Assembly: GCA_964016885.1 (NCBI GenBank) | Contig: OZ024741.1 | Location: 147,126,001 to 147,190,000 of the forward strand | DNA length: 64,000 nt | Source: Eledone cirrhosa | Lineage: Eukaryota | Reading direction: 5' to 3' | In this document: piece after piece, positions 1-14,045 of the stretch | How positions within the stretch are numbered: the stretch's first letter is position 1 | How the letters are laid out: the number at the start of each line of letters is the position of its first letter | The notes under the pieces: model-generated | Seen by the model: the letters and a program-made list of their open reading frames with translations, nothing else | What the model was told of the DNA's origin: nothing | Database searches by the model: none | Position numbers and translations under genes: made by a program

Positions 1-85
1 TTCATCCTTACGGGGTGGATAAAATAAAGTACCAGTAATGCACTGGGTAATTGCTGGCCTTGTGCCTAAAGTAGAAACAATTATT
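1..85 (+). mobile_element. Nin-domain tRNA-derived SINE, 3' part (cut by window edge)
   Basis: ttcatccttacggggtggataaaataaagtaccagtaatgcactggg...agtagaaacaatt matches the fuller copy at 18727-18903. Confidence 0.8.
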
Positions 86-2479
86 TTATTTACATTCAAA
101 TTTGATCACCAGGATGTAAAATAAAAGAACAAACATAACTAAATATGAGAGGCATCTAATTGAGTTATGTCCTCTTTTTGTCATCCTACTATCTGATGAT
201 GGCTTGTATCATAGTCACAGGGCCAAAAATTGGGGTAGAGGAAAGTCAACTAAAACAAACCTCAGTACTTGACTGGTATTTTATTTTATCAAGCTTGGAA
301 GGATGAAAGGCAAAGTTGACCTCAGAAGAATTTGAACGCAATATAAAGAGCCAGAATTACCACAATGCTTTGTCTGATGCTCTATCGAATCTGCCACTCC
401 ACTGCCCTCCCATAAGTAAATAATAACATGTTGTTTTCTTATATATTTTCTTCATTTGTCGGCAGCAGTATAAGCATTTGTGCCAAAACAGTGTCACAGT
501 GACAGCAAGATAAGATTGAAGAGGAAGCTATTAACCTCTTGAGATAGGCAAACAAATATTATTTGGCAAGAATAAGACACTCATCTTATTCTTAATATTA
601 ATTTCTATTAAAATGTTTTCCTCCTTTCTATTAATCGGTATGAAGAGATGGAAGGTAAAAAGATGGAATTACATAATAATATAAACACTATATTTCTAAT
701 AAATGGCACTGTTTATGGTGTTGAAATCATTTCAAAATAATAACAAATTTGGAGTGATTTAGTAAAATGACTTTTTCATTATTTATCTGGTGTTTGAAAT
801 AATACAAAGGTTTTTACATAAAATTATGATGGAAGGTTTCTACATAACCCTAACACTAACCCTTTAAAACTAGGAGCAGATTCAGGCAGGTTAGAAACAA
901 ACAAAATGATTAAGTTAATATCCATACCAAGCTCAAAGGTTCATCAAGCCAGTTGTTATCCTGGTTTCATTGACATTAAGGAATGGAGAATGTAAAATTC
1001 CCCTAGGATAGGATGCTAGTCTATCATAGGGGCTAACCTCCAGTTGCTGTTGGTATTCATTTTTGGCTGAGTTAACTGGAGCAATGTGAAATTAAGTGTT
1101 TTGCTCGAGAACAAAATGCACCCCTTAGTCTGGGAACTGAACCCACAACACTAGGATCCTGAGTTCAACACCTTAACAAATAAGCTGCACGCCTTCACAA
1201 ATGGGATGGCCATGACTGAAATGCCTTTCAAGCATAAGTCTTTTCAGTCAGTCCTTTTATACTAACAAATGAGTTTCTATGCAATGTGGGTGGCATGGGG
1301 GGAAAAGAGCAAAGTATAAGAACATAAAAACCTGTTGGGGAATATCTATGCCAAGAAAATAGCATGAACTATTTTATACTTGTACTGCTTGCTATAGGAA
1401 TGCTTCTTCATGGCTGGCTAAGGACTATACAACAGCAACTATAACCAGCACGATTTTAAAAGGCATCTTCTACATAATAGATCTGTTAGAAATAGTAGCC
1501 AACTTCTCCAACAAATCAAATCTTAAAGAAGAAAACATTAGACAATGTAGCGTAGTTCCTCATATAAAAAATAGACCAGGATGGTCAGTGCCAGAATACC
1601 TTTGATCATAAGTCTATTGGATCTGAAGAGACCTTGGCCTAAACAACAACTATAGCAGTAATCGTAAATGTAACTGTGTCCTAAACAAAAACAGGATGAA
1701 CAAAGCTGGAATAAGTTTGATTATAAGTCTGCAAGCTCAGAGCTGATTTGGAAGTAAACAACAATATACACATGGTTATGTAGCCATTGTTATACAAAAA
1801 TGTAATATATAAACACACTGAATTATCATATTATTTGTAAATCTTTAGATTTATGTTTTGAACTATATATGCCAAGGTGTTCTGATTAAAAACATTCTAA
1901 CCATGACCAATCTTCTTTTTAGCAGTGTGTCTAGAATACATCATCCTTACAGTGAAGTATCTGGTTTAAAATAGGTACACCATATCCATGTGTGTTGTAA
2001 GAGTGAATTAAAAAGGTTGGCATCGGCAAGGAATCCGGCTTTAAACCATTGTCTCAAAAGGAACTCTATGAGGAGTATTAAGCCTGTCATGGGACTCCAA
2101 AAGCTAACTCCTTTTTTAGTAGAGAAAATGGCCTTGAAATGCTTATAGTTGTTGCCATTCTCCAGAATACATTATTTAATGTGTCCTTTCTTCATTTAAG
2201 ACAACATGGAACCAAGGTGATGATGTCATACTAAACATGCACACCAATTACTTCTGTCTGACATTGGCACAAAGCAGCAATTTGGGAGAAGGGGAAAGTT
2301 GATTGGTACTTTATTTTATTGATATTGAAACGATGAAAAGCAAGGTCGACCATGGCAGGATGTAAAGAGCCATAACTAAATGTTGTAAAGCATTTTGTCT
2401 GATGCCCCAACAATTCTGCCAATCCAACACCCAACAAAATAGTTTCAAAGCTAGCTTTAAAAATATAGCATTAATTGTT

Positions 2480-2820
2480 TTCATTTTTTTTTTTTATTTT
2501 ACGTCCACTTTTCCCCTGCTTGCAAGGGTGGGATGGGAACTGATTCTGGCTTGATTTCTACAGCTGGATGCCCTTCCTAACACCAATCTCATTTACAGTG
2601 AGTGCTGGGTGCTTTTTTGCCATGGCACCTCCATGACCACTTTGCAGTGGAATGATATGGACTCCAGTCCCTATCATCTCATTTCTACAGCTGAGTAAAC
2701 TGGAGCAATGTGAAATAAAGTGTCTTGCTCAAGGAAACAACACATCACCTGGTCTGAGAATTGAACTCACAACCTTTCGATTGCAAGGCCAATGCTCTAA
2801 CCACTGAGCCATGTGCCTCC
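2480..2820 (-). mobile_element. Composite tRNA-derived SINE (V-like central domain, RTE-derived tail)
   Basis: Near-identical reverse complement of 40312-40650: A/B-box head, CCTTGAGCAAGACACTT domain, tail with aggaagggcatccagctgtagaaa. Confidence 0.8.
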
Positions 2821-3355
2821 ATATATATTTATGTAAATATTTTATATTTCTAGAAATAATTTGTTTAATATATCTTCTAATACAAATTATACTTAAGTAT
2901 TTTTTTGTGGTTTCAGATATGCTTCAATGTCATAAGATGATTAAACATCTTTCTTTATTTTTTAAGTTCATAAAATAATTACCAATTTTTAAATTGAATT
3001 ATATGAATGTGCAAACATCAAATGTTCACTATCCAACTAAACATTTTAACAACAAATATTATAGCTGTCATAAAATGAAAGAACTAAGATGGGAAAAAAT
3101 ATTAGCAGACAGAAGAAATATTTAGTTATAAAACTAAAAAGCGTGGCTGACAGACAATATCTCATTTGAAAGCTGTAATGAGAAACTATGCTTTTGTATT
3201 GACCAAGTTACTGACATTGTTATAATTATGAAAGATTTTGAAAACAATTCTGATAAATGTGTAGAAAATATGGATATAACAGATAACAATAAATGATATA
3301 TTATGAAGTTATCAGTATATATATATATATGTATATACAACCAAAGAATTATCCA

Positions 3356-3695
3356 TCAATTACAATTTTTGTTCAATGAATTTACTCAGGGCATTATAAG
3401 TTCAAAATTGGGATAAGTAAATGTGATAAAAAAAAGCATACACTTAGTTTCAAGAAATCCATTCTCCCTTTGGAAGCAATTCACTTCTATCAGTCATTTC
3501 AAATTATCTCCTCTAGTGAGAATGTTCCCCAATTTTGTACTCTCCCAATTTTGGTTATCCTACAAATAATTGCTTTTTACAGATGAAGCCATTGGTAAGG
3601 ATTTATTAAAAGTATGTGCAAATTTTTTTATCTCACTTACTTATCCCAATTTTGAACTTATGCCCTGAGTAAACACATTGACCAAAAGTATAATT

Positions 3696-3697
<2 letters not shown>
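3356..3697. repeat. Fold-back (inverted repeat) unit between TA tracts
   Basis: tactcagggcattataagttcaaaattgggataagtaa vs ttacttatcccaattttgaacttatgccctgagta; degenerate pairing continues outward toward flanking (TA)n. Confidence 0.75.
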
Positions 3698-3731
<34 letters not shown>

Positions 3732-4229
3732 TTGTTAATCTTTGATAAGGGAAATAAGCTGAAAAGTGAGCAATTTCTTGCAATCTTTCATACTGACCAA
3801 CTGTCCATCTATTGCACCCTTCCAGCTGACTGCCTACCACATGACTTTTCTCCCATTGGAAGAAATTATAATGTTCAACATAATTTGATATATATGCAAA
3901 ATGTTCATGAATATGTCATAGGCAAATGGGCTACAGCACAACACTGATTTTAAACAATCATGTTGGTTATAGATGTGATTGTTGCTGTTTAATTCCAAGT
4001 CAGACATCATTCAATAAACCTATGATGAAAGCATTCTATCTATGACAATATCAGCTATTATCCTGTGTATCTAAAATTATTATCTAAATTGTGAATTTCC
4101 CATTTTCTTAAGATGATAGGGCATGATTGAGGGGGGGGGGGGGGGGATTTGGCTGTTCTTTCTGGCAGATCAAACAATCACATAAAAACTTCCTCATGAA
4201 CTCATAATTTCTGTTAGGTCAACAGTTGA

Positions 4230-4620
4230 TAATTGACTCTTAACATGCTGTAACGATTTCGCAGAAAATGTCTAAAATCAGGTTTGCTATTTCAAATATT
4301 TTTAGTATTTCTACTTGACAGATTGTTGTAAAAATATGCAATTTTTAACCCCTTATATATTAATCCAGCCAAAACTGACTCTTGGTTTATGAAACAAAGC
4401 CACACATTCTAAAGGGTTCCTATTTAAATTAATGCAATTATACGTGAGAATTGCATTGATAATTTTAATAAATCACTCACAATTCTTCATTAATTAGTTG
4501 AGATAATGGGTATTTCATTAGAAATACCATCATGAAAGTGTTAACATGATGCAGCCATAGTTCTGCATTGTACTTTTCAAGAATGTCTTGCTACTGCTGT
4601 TTCATGTAGTACAGGAGATA
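4230..4620. mobile_element. Old MITE-like repeat (relatives at 14175-14460 and 15335-15570), interrupted by a TTAA-type MITE at about 4345-4545
   Basis: Shared actcttaacatgctgtaacgattt...cagattgttgtaaaaa and catagtgctgtt motifs; the 14175 copy has inverted ends (actcttaata / tatgttaagagc). Confidence 0.5.
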
Positions 4621-6815
4621 TTTTGTAGAAACTTCAGACAGAAAGAGGATCTGAAATTTATTCTAGATTTCATACATGATTGTACTTGCTCAGCTTTTTT
4701 TTTTCTTACTTTTTTTTTTGTGTTTTTTTGTTTGTTTGTTTTTTTTATATGTTTTATTATCATTTTTCCTTCTGCATAATTTGCGCAGTGTCTGCAATCC
4801 ATTAGTTTATTCCTATTAGAATATACAACCAATTATAATGCATTAAATTTGAACAATCATTTAATGATTTCATTTTTAGTTCTTCTTGTCTTGTTATTGT
4901 TGAAGTTGCTGTTTTAGTGGCAGTTTTTTTCCTATTATTATTGTTGGTGTTTTAGTAGTCTGTACTTGCTGCTGTTTTAGCAGTAGCTTGTTGCTGTTGT
5001 TGTTAATCATATTTTTAATTCTCTCTTTAATTAAATATGTATCAGAAAATGAAATACAGATTTCCAATGTTTAATTGCTCATTATGATCATCGTCATCAT
5101 TATCATTGCAGTCATTTTCTTCTGTAGTGACGGCAGCAAAAACAGTGACAGTGGTGGTAATGATGATCGTGACATTGTCACCATCATGTTTTATAATTGT
5201 TGTCATCATCTCACCTTCCTCTACAACTAATGCCAGAATTATCATCATCATCATCATCATCATCATGATTTTCTTTTTAACCCCCCCCCCCCCGATCTGC
5301 TACCCACCCATTTGTATCATGTTCATCAGAAGCATCTGCTTAGCTCACAGCAGCTTTCTACTCTAATATCCCAGGGATGTTTCTACAAACATTACACGTT
5401 ACATCTCATATGTGCATTGATTTTGTCAGAAAAATACAACTTTCCTAGCTTTGATTTCACAACTTTTCTCTATCAGCAGCCTGAACTTTCTAAAGTTTAA
5501 CCTAGTTACCTGATTGAGGAGCTCTTTTCTACATCTATATTGGTCAATTTGGCAGAATTGTTAGAGTGTTCAATATTCTGGATCATATACTACCAAAGTC
5601 CATTTTGCCTTTTATTTTTTCAGGGTTGGTAAAGAAAAGTAGCAGCCCAGCTAAATGCTAGTGGACTCCTTTTTCCTTTCATCCATCACATCCTGAATGA
5701 TCTGCTGAATAACAGGATGGGGGATCAAGAGGGTGTCCGTATCTGCTCACAACTGCATGGGTATCTGAAACCTTTAGCTAAAGCATGGTACATACGACTA
5801 AGTCATACTTAATTGTGAGTAATGGCTGTCATGTTTGTACAGATAAAATACCATTGCATTATTTCTTCTGGCTCTTTATAATCTGAGTACAAATCCCATT
5901 GGAGTCAACTTTGCCTTTCATCCTCCCGGGTTAAACAAAATAAAGTATTAGTCAAGAACTCGGTTGATTTAATCAACTTTTCCCTTCTCCCAAATTTGCT
6001 GACCTGGTACCTAAATTATAAAATATTTTATTGAAATCTTGCTATTGCAATTGTCATTCTTGCAAACTGCTTTTGGTACTTTATATTTTAAAAACACTTC
6101 TATACTATTTCTATCAGTTTCATATTTTCAACACTATTCAACACATATATACAAGGCAAACGAGAGTATCAAGCCCCAGGGTGTATTAAGCTCCACCACA
6201 CTACAAATGCATTGTATTTATACTTGGCACATTATATTTTGTAGTGTGGTGGAGATTAATGCCCTCTGGGGCTTAATACCCCCATTTGCCCTATATGTTA
6301 TCTCTGCCAGGTCTGATGATGAGCATTCTAATTGATGTGATCAATGGAACAGCATTCTTATCAAATTAGTGTGGCTAAGCATTCACAGACTTGCATACCT
6401 TTAATGTCAGAAAGATTCAACATGATGTAATATATGAAAAAGCTGGATTACAGGTGCAATTCATTTTTTGCCTGCTGAGTGGGCTGGAGCAAAGTGAAAT
6501 AAAGTGTCTTGTTCAAACATGCTGCTGAGAATTGAACTCACAACCTTCTGATCATCAGCCAAAAACCCTAAAAGCAAAGCTATGCATCTTCACACTCATA
6601 AATATACTGCCATTTCAACAGGAATAATGTAAAAGACCAATTGAAGAGTATCCTTGTTGCCTGTGCAATTCCTGCTAAAGATCTTAAAAAGAAATTCCTT
6701 CCTTGGGTTTGTACATTAAAAATAATTTCCACTTTGCAACAAGTCTTTCATGTACTCACCGAAACAAGGAAATGAAGCTGAGAAGAGAAAAGGACAAAAC
6801 AGAGAGATCATAATT

Positions 6816-7060
6816 CAAGGAGAGGGATGACGATTGATATTGCTTTTGAATTTTTGAAAATTGTAGTAGTCAGGAAAGTAAGATTCGGAAGAGGATTCTA
6901 TATCTGCAAGGAAAGAAACTGTCAGAATATAATTTGTGATTTGGAATGTGTGGAAAATAGTCTATGATGGTGTGCAACAGTTCGAAGCTAAATGCACCAG
7001 GCAATGGAATGTTGAAAGAGCATTGCCAAACGCGGTCACCCAACAGTAACAATCTAGCTT
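6816..7060 (-). pseudogene. Degenerate 3' end of a CR1/Jockey-type LINE ORF2
   Basis: Minus-strand translation gives YSDSFFP ... YYNFQKFKSNINRH, resembling the C-terminal motif of these clades. Confidence 0.5.
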
Positions 7061-7249
7061 TTAATCCTTGTTTGGCTTGTCCCTAAATTTGTCTACTACA
7101 TACTGGACTTATATTACATTTGAATGCTAATCAGGAACATGGCTGATATATTTGAGAGGGGGGGGGGGGTAACATCATCATCAAATGACAAACACACCAA
7201 GCTGCTCACATACAAACATATTCAAATACTCTCACAGACATACACATTT

Positions 7250-7395
7250 ATCCAAGGAGTTTGCTTTCAAACCACATGGTTTGGGGTTTAGTCCCACTGT
7301 GGGGCATCTTAGTCAAGTGTCTTCTACTATAGCTATGGGTTGACCAATGATTTATGAATGAACTTTGGTCGACGGAGACTCTGCAGAAGCTTATC
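7250..7395 (+). mobile_element. CORE-like tRNA-derived SINE (octopus OR-type)
   Basis: B-box-like head then caagtgtcttctactatagc ... tttggtcgacggagact; relatives at 27110-27260(-), 27815-27970(+), 53810-53910(-), 61440-61600(-). Confidence 0.6.
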
Positions 7396-7689
7396 ATATA
7401 TGTGTATGTGTTTGCATGCACATGAGTGTGTGCACACTCGTGTGTGTGTGCATGTGCATATGTGTGCATATATGTGTGTGCCATATATATGTTTATATTC
7501 ACTGTTAGTTTATTTTCCATAATCCAGCAATTTTATAAAAAAGATTGGTAAAATAAGTATCCAACTAGAAAAATATATAAGTACTGGGTCGATACGATCA
7601 CTTAACTACCTTCAAGGCATTGCCCCAGCATGGTTGTCTAATGACTAAAACTAGAAATGGAATGGTTGTGATTGGTGTTAAAAAAATAT

Positions 7690-7878
7690 AATTGTTTCTA
7701 CTTTAGGCACAAGGCCAGCAAATACCCAGTGTATTACTGGTACTTTATTTTATCGACCCCTTAAGGATGATAGGCAAAGTCAACCTCGGCGGGATTTGAA
7801 CTCAGATCATAAAGGGACGTAACTATGCTGGAAAGCATGGCGTCCGACCCTCTACCGATACTGCCAATCCACCGCCCA
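7690..7878 (-). mobile_element. Nin-domain SINE, near full length
   Basis: Reverse complement of the 18727 copy with tggcagtatcggtag (A box) and gagttcaaatccc (B box). Confidence 0.85.
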
Positions 7879-9334
7879 ATAATTATGACAATAATGATAA
7901 TGAAGATGACTGTGATGATGGTAGTTATGACAGCGATGATGTTGATGACAGATTACTTAACGAAATGAAACAAAATATAAATATAGATAGATATATTTCT
8001 TTATATATATATATATATATATACAATAAAAACAAAGCAAAAGTGATTTTCATTATAAAAGGTATTTAACGTCATTAGCATTTCTCATAACTTACTTTTA
8101 TTGTATTATTTTTTTCTAATGAAAGTATTTCACATTTTTCTCCTCATTTACTGAATAAATGAAAAATCAATAAAACAAAATGTTTTCTTTTTCTGACATT
8201 TAGAATTCTGTTGATAGTGTTTGAAGGATTTTGAAAGATGCTATCACTGTTGATTGGTACTTACTGTAACTATGTATAGATCTGTCTGTCTCTGATTGTG
8301 TGTGTATATATATATAATCATCATCATCATCATCATTACCTTTTAACATCCATTTCTTCACGCTAGCATGGGTTGGATGAGTTGTTGCATTGTGTGATAA
8401 GCCAGAATAGATGACTGTGTCTTGATCATACAGAACTGTTTCTGGTTTGGTTTTTATGGGTGTATGCCCTTGTTAACACCGACCACATTTACAGTGTGTA
8501 CTGGCTGCTTTTTGTCATGACACCAACATGACTACTTTACAGTGTGGACTGGGTTCTTATGCATATATATATATATATATTTATTAAAATAGCAGATTAA
8601 AGTTTAAGCAAAGAATCGCTGCTTATTATTACTATGTATATATATATATATATATATACACACAGGAAGGGGAATTGAGAGAGAGTCCACCTTGTATGAG
8701 GTGCCATGAAGAAATGTTCCAGCACATACGTGATTGACATTAGGAAGGGCATCCAACCAAAGAGAACCAAGCCAAAAATATGTTGTCTTAGCAAGATGTA
8801 GTCACCTGACCTGTCTAACCTCATAACATGACAACCCATCTAACCCTTGCTAGCAAGGAAAATAGATGTTAAATGGTAATGGTTATGATGATAATGACAA
8901 TGATGATAATGATTATGTGTGTGCACGTGCGTGAGTTAGTTTGATTGCAATTAATACAGGCATAAACTGCATTCAGCATTCAACACTCAATGTGATACTG
9001 TCATTCCAAAATGAAGTCATGCCAACAGAAGATGACTGCTACCTGGTATCAGGTGGAATCACAGAGTATAAATACCAAGTGAGAGAAAGAACTAGTGAGA
9101 TCAGTTTAATGTGTTTATTTTCATTACTTATGTTTCACTCATGGTCCTGCTCAAGTGTTTTTAGCAGTCAATATTTATACTCATTTATGAAGCCTGTGAT
9201 ATATGGAGTCAAAACCTATCATAGCATAATTAAGTTATTGTGAATGGTTTTGAGCCAGACCTTCAGAAAAACATGTGTGACAGAAATAAGCATGTTAAAC
9301 TGGTCTCTCCCTCCATCTTGTTATATATATAATA

Positions 9335-9508
9335 TAATTGTTTCTACTTTTGGCACAAGGCCAGCAATTACCCAGTGCATTACTGGTACTTTATTTTATC
9401 GACCCAGTAAGGATGAAAGGCAAAGTTAACCTCGGCGGGATTTGAACTCAGATTGGAAAGGGCCGTAACTCTATGCATCAAAGCATGGCGTGCGACCCTC
9501 TACTGATA
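9335..9508 (-). mobile_element. Nin-domain SINE
   Basis: Same family, reverse orientation. Confidence 0.8.
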
Positions 9509-10162
9509 ATATAATGTGTATAAATCAATTTCGACAAAATATATTGTTTAGCCAGTAATTGTATTGAGCTATTTTTAAGGTGTAATATGACTTGAAATAA
9601 TTTATTTTAGTCTATATTTATATTATTGCTACTCCTTTTAATCAATTAAATTAATCTAGGTTATATTAATTAAATTAATCTAGGTTTATATTAGAAGATA
9701 GGGACCTACTTCAGGCTTCCTATTATCCTCTTCTTTTTACTGGTAAAAAGCAGCTGGTTTTTATATTTTATAATTTTTGCTGTGAGAGTTTCACTATCAC
9801 AGGACGTTTTAACATCTCAAGGTAATTCTACTTGAATTTTTCTTGTAAGAGCTCTAATGTATGTTTTAAGATTTAGACATCTTAATTAATGATTAATTAT
9901 CTTAATTAGTAATTTTTTTGTCAAATGAAACTGTACCATATAATCAAATGTTTGTAGGTAAAATTATATTTTTTCTTTTAAAATATATTTTTGCTTGTAA
10001 TGCTTACTTTTAATATACTATACATAATTACACCTTAATATAATTTATATAAATAGTTTTTAGCCTGTAAACGTATTGAGCTATTTTTAAGATGTAATAT
10101 GACTGAAATAATAAATTTTATTTTACTCTCTCTCTCTTTCTCTCTAGAGAAATAGACGAAAT

Positions 10163-10489
10163 TGAAGAAATTTTAAACATTTTATTTGTCTTACACATGT
10201 TTCAACAAGAAATATGATATAAAGAAAGGCAAGATAAATTTTGATAAATTGAAATATATCTATATATTATGAGCATTAATTCAATGAATTTACCATAGCA
10301 CTTAATTTTGCATCAATCATGTATCCTCAGATACTTGATAAGATACAAAAATGTAAGAATAGGAAATATCCTGGAGAAAAACATAAAAAACATCACAACA
10401 TAAAATAGAAATTCTTGTCATTTCTTTCTATTTCATATTTCTCTTGTTGAAACATGTGTAAGACAAATAAAATTTCTTAAATTTCTTCA
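10163..10489. repeat. Fold-back unit with hammerhead-like GAAAC-ATGT-GTA in both arms
   Basis: Arms about 10163-10236 and 10411-10489; GAAACATGTGTAagacaaataaaa at 10449; CTGAGGA on minus strand near 10330. Confidence 0.55.
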
Positions 10490-10714
10490 TCATACTTCTC
10501 TATTATTTAAATGCTTTGTGCACCTGCATTCGTACAACACCCCAGATTTTTTAAACTCGAAATTTAATTCCTGATTTTATATGGATTACACCTTGAATTA
10601 AGTAATTAGTTCTCTTTACTGATTGCTAAGTCAAATTGAGCTTGAATGTTGGCTGGCATAACTTTTCTCACTTAATCTTAACCATTTACCCTTGCTATAT
10701 GTATGTATGAATGT

Positions 10715-11225
10715 ATGCCAGATTGCTCTCGAGTGCTACTGATAACATGTAACCCAGTACAACTTGTCTCATGGTCGGATCATCGGTGACTAAATCAACA
10801 ACCCCACCAAGCTTGCTTGGTGAGGAGGGTGATATTTGGACACTCTGCGGGATGAAATATAAGACCCGGCAAAGGGTGGAGGAACTCAGCAGAGCCAACG
10901 ACCATCCAACTAGTACTGGGAGTGAAAGGCCCCCAGTTGTTGTCACAAGAGGAAAACTCTGTCACAGAGGGAAACTCTGAAAAAAACCCTGCAGCTTTGG
11001 AAGCATCCGATGATGTTGACCAGTTCTCCTTTTTGAGTAGTGTTTTCGATGCTCAGAGAGTGGGATTGGTCGAGTGCAAGGCCTTTCCCCACTTAAAAAA
11101 GTTTCAAAGCACAGGCATTGCTTGTTCAGGATATGTTACAGGTTCATGTGGCTGGCCATAGCCTAAAAGTGCACCATTTTCTGTAATCTGACAAGCGATT
11201 GCAATACTCTTAGCAGAGTTTGCAG
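10715..11225 (+). mobile_element. GC-richer island, probably the 5' region of an RTE-type LINE
   Basis: Sharp compositional island in AT-rich DNA; loosely similar sequence on minus strand at about 32300-32580; no recognisable ORF. Confidence 0.35.
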
Positions 11226-11524
11226 TCATCATGTGTGTATGTATATATGCATGTGTTTGTGTTTACACAACTCAAAAAGTGATATTGTTTTTGATGGCCT
11301 ATAACATAGCAGTTCAACAAATAAAAATCAATAAAACAATTACCAGACTCTTAAAAATAAGTACTGGGTTGATATGACTAACTAAACATTTGAAAGCAAG
11401 GTTCTACCATGGCCACAGTCTAATAACTAAAACCAAAAGTGTCAAAGATTATATATATATATATATATATATGGGTGTATGTGTGTGTGTGTGTACATAC
11501 ATATATATATACATATATATACAT

Positions 11525-12160
11525 ATCATCATCATCAACGTTTAACGTCCGTGTTCCACGCTTGCATGGGTTTGGACGGGGGTTTTCCCACTTGAGGCAA
11601 GAGTGTTTATCTTGCTTGCATAGGACTATCTGGCGGGTTTTCTACAGCTGGATGCCCTTCCTAACACCAACCACATTTACAGTGTGGGTCTGGGAGGTTT
11701 TTACCGTGTTGCCTACACGGCCACATTACAGCGTGAACTGTGTGTTTTTTTGTCGTGACACCTACACAATCTCATTTGTTTTGGTCTGGATGTTGTGGCA
11801 CCAACATAACTTTACATTGAAAGGGGCAGTGTGGATGGGGTGGGGTGGTGGGACGGGGTTGTATTTTGTTAGAGATGCCTACTGACTGTAGTAGGTTTTA
11901 CTTTGTATTTAGGTAAGGCGAGTCTTCTCTATTACTGAGTAGCGCCAAAGGTCTCGGTCCAGTGACATTGTCTTGGAGAGGTGTGAGTGTGTGAGGTCGG
12001 AATTTATCAGCTCGTCCCAGGTTTTTCTGGGTCTGCCTATTCCGTGGCTACCATCTATCTTTATTGCCCTGCACTTTGTTATGCAGCTATCGTCTTTCAT
12101 GCGCATCACGTGACCATACCAACGTAGCCTTCTCTCGAGTAAACAACATCTGATCCCTAT
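11525..12160 (-). mobile_element. RTE LINE 3' fragment (ORF C-terminus, 3' UTR, (GAT)n tail)
   Basis: ORF 11909-12109 MRMKDDSCITKCRAIKIDGSHGIGRPRKTWDE is a typical RTE C-terminus. Confidence 0.85.
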
Positions 12161-12213
12161 ATATTATGGAATACTGTTGGCTTCTTTCTACAATAATTTC
12201 TATACTTTTCATT

Positions 12214-12261
<48 letters not shown>

Positions 12262-12309
12262 CAGACAGATAGATAGATAGGTATAAATAAATATCTTATA
12301 AATAAAATG

Positions 12310-12518
12310 TAGTCAAGCAAGATTGAAAAGAAAATTATAAGAAGTAAGATAAGAGATTTAACAGACAGAATTTTACATTAAAGTTGGGTTTTACTTAAAA
12401 TTGATGGGAGGGGGGTGTCAATTATATACCAATTCTAAAAGAAACCCAACTTTAATGAAGGATTCTCAGTGTTAAATCTTTTAGCTTTGCTTTTCTTCAC
12501 ATTAAAAAAATCCTGTGT

Positions 12519-12569
<51 letters not shown>

Positions 12570-12632
12570 TTGTATACATACATGTATACATACACCCACA
12601 GATACACACACTTACACTTACACACAGACGTG

Positions 12633-12663
<31 letters not shown>

Positions 12664-12762
12664 ACCCAGACACACACCTATCTATAGCCTAACTAGATTT
12701 TCTTCTTTTGTCCTTTTGTTCTTACTTTACTTTCCATAATTTTCTCTCAACTTTTGCTTAGT
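12310..12762. repeat. Degenerate fold-back unit with microsatellite inside the right arm
   Basis: cattaaagttgggtttt vs aaacccaactttaatg; aaaattataagaagtaag vs tttacttccataatttt. Confidence 0.5.
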
Positions 12763-13299
12763 TAACTGAATTAATGAAATTTTAAGGAAAATCTTTGACA
12801 TAATTTATGGCTTAGAATAAATCTCTTCATAGATTACTTTTTACTTTTTTGTTTTCCTTTTCATTTTTATTGCAATCCATTTACAACATATGTTACCATT
12901 CTAAAGTTAACAGTTTGTAATTTTTCAGTAAATCATTTAATCATAAGAATTTGGAGAAACTTGAATTTTTTGGTTAAAGTTTTATACATTCAAAGTGTCC
13001 AACTGAAGTTCACTGCCTCTTTAAGGATTTTTTCGGTTTCAAATCCATTCAAAATCACTACAAACATTATTTTCTATTTAGACTTAGACAATAAATTTAA
13101 GTCTTTCCCTAAGGTATTTCTTATGAAATATATTATTCATGCTCCAATTAATTTTGAAAATAATGAAAAATTAGGAGGCATTCAATAAAATAATTAACCT
13201 TCCCATTATTAGGTTGATGTTTGGAAATGTTGGTATTATTATAGAACAGCCCCCACCCCCTCAGTTTCAGTTAGAATTTTTTTTTTCCTTGTGTTTTCT

Positions 13300-14045
13300 T
13301 TTTTTGTTTTTGGTTTATTTTTCATGTTATCAACTAATCTGACCTGTGAGACACTTGCAATCAGAAGGGGTGGAGAGTGATGAAAACAGAAGGGGTGAAG
13401 AGGGATGCCCCCCACCTCCGGATCTCCCCTCCCCTCCACCCCTCGGGTTTGCTCTGTGATTTTTTTTTTTCAATGAATATGACCTCCAAACCAATTAGAA
13501 ATGACTTTCTTTTTAGAAAAAATAGGGGAAGGGGGCAGAAAGACCATCAGAGTTTCGTAGATTTAAACCTGCCTCACATTTTGTGGGAAGTTTTTCACGT
13601 GCTATCAACTAATCTGACCTCCAAGATGCTCACAATCAACTTTTTTTAAGAAACCCTAACCTAATTCAGGAAAAATTTCGATTGTAAGCATCTTGGAGGT
13701 CAGATTAGTTGATAGTGCACAAAAAAAAACAAAGGAAAATAGTTATTTCCCTACCAAACATGAGGGGAGTGTAGATCTGGAAGACTTCGATGGTCTTTCT
13801 ACCCCTTTTCCACCTCCTTTTTCTACAAATCTGACAGGTTTGGAGGTCATGTACATTGATAACATGCAGAAAAAATATCATAAAGAAAGCAGGGAAAAGC
13901 GGACGTAAAATGATGATGATGATGATGATAATGAAAACTCCAGGGAAGAAGGACGACCCCCACCCCACTCCCTCCATTTTCTAGAAAAAATATCGATTGT
14001 GTGCATTCTGGGGTCAGATTATTTGATAGCATACGAAAAAACCTA
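13300..14045. mobile_element. About 750 bp palindromic fold-back DNA element with internal repeated motif
   Basis: Inner arms 13601-13637/13680-13716 nearly perfect; pairing continues outward in several blocks; motif tatcaactaatctgacc recurs in each arm. Confidence 0.7.

Noticed and set aside
9550-10128. About 60-bp direct repeats roughly 510 bp apart as LTRs
   Set aside because: Too short, AT-rich, no TG...CA ends, primer-binding site or TSD visible.
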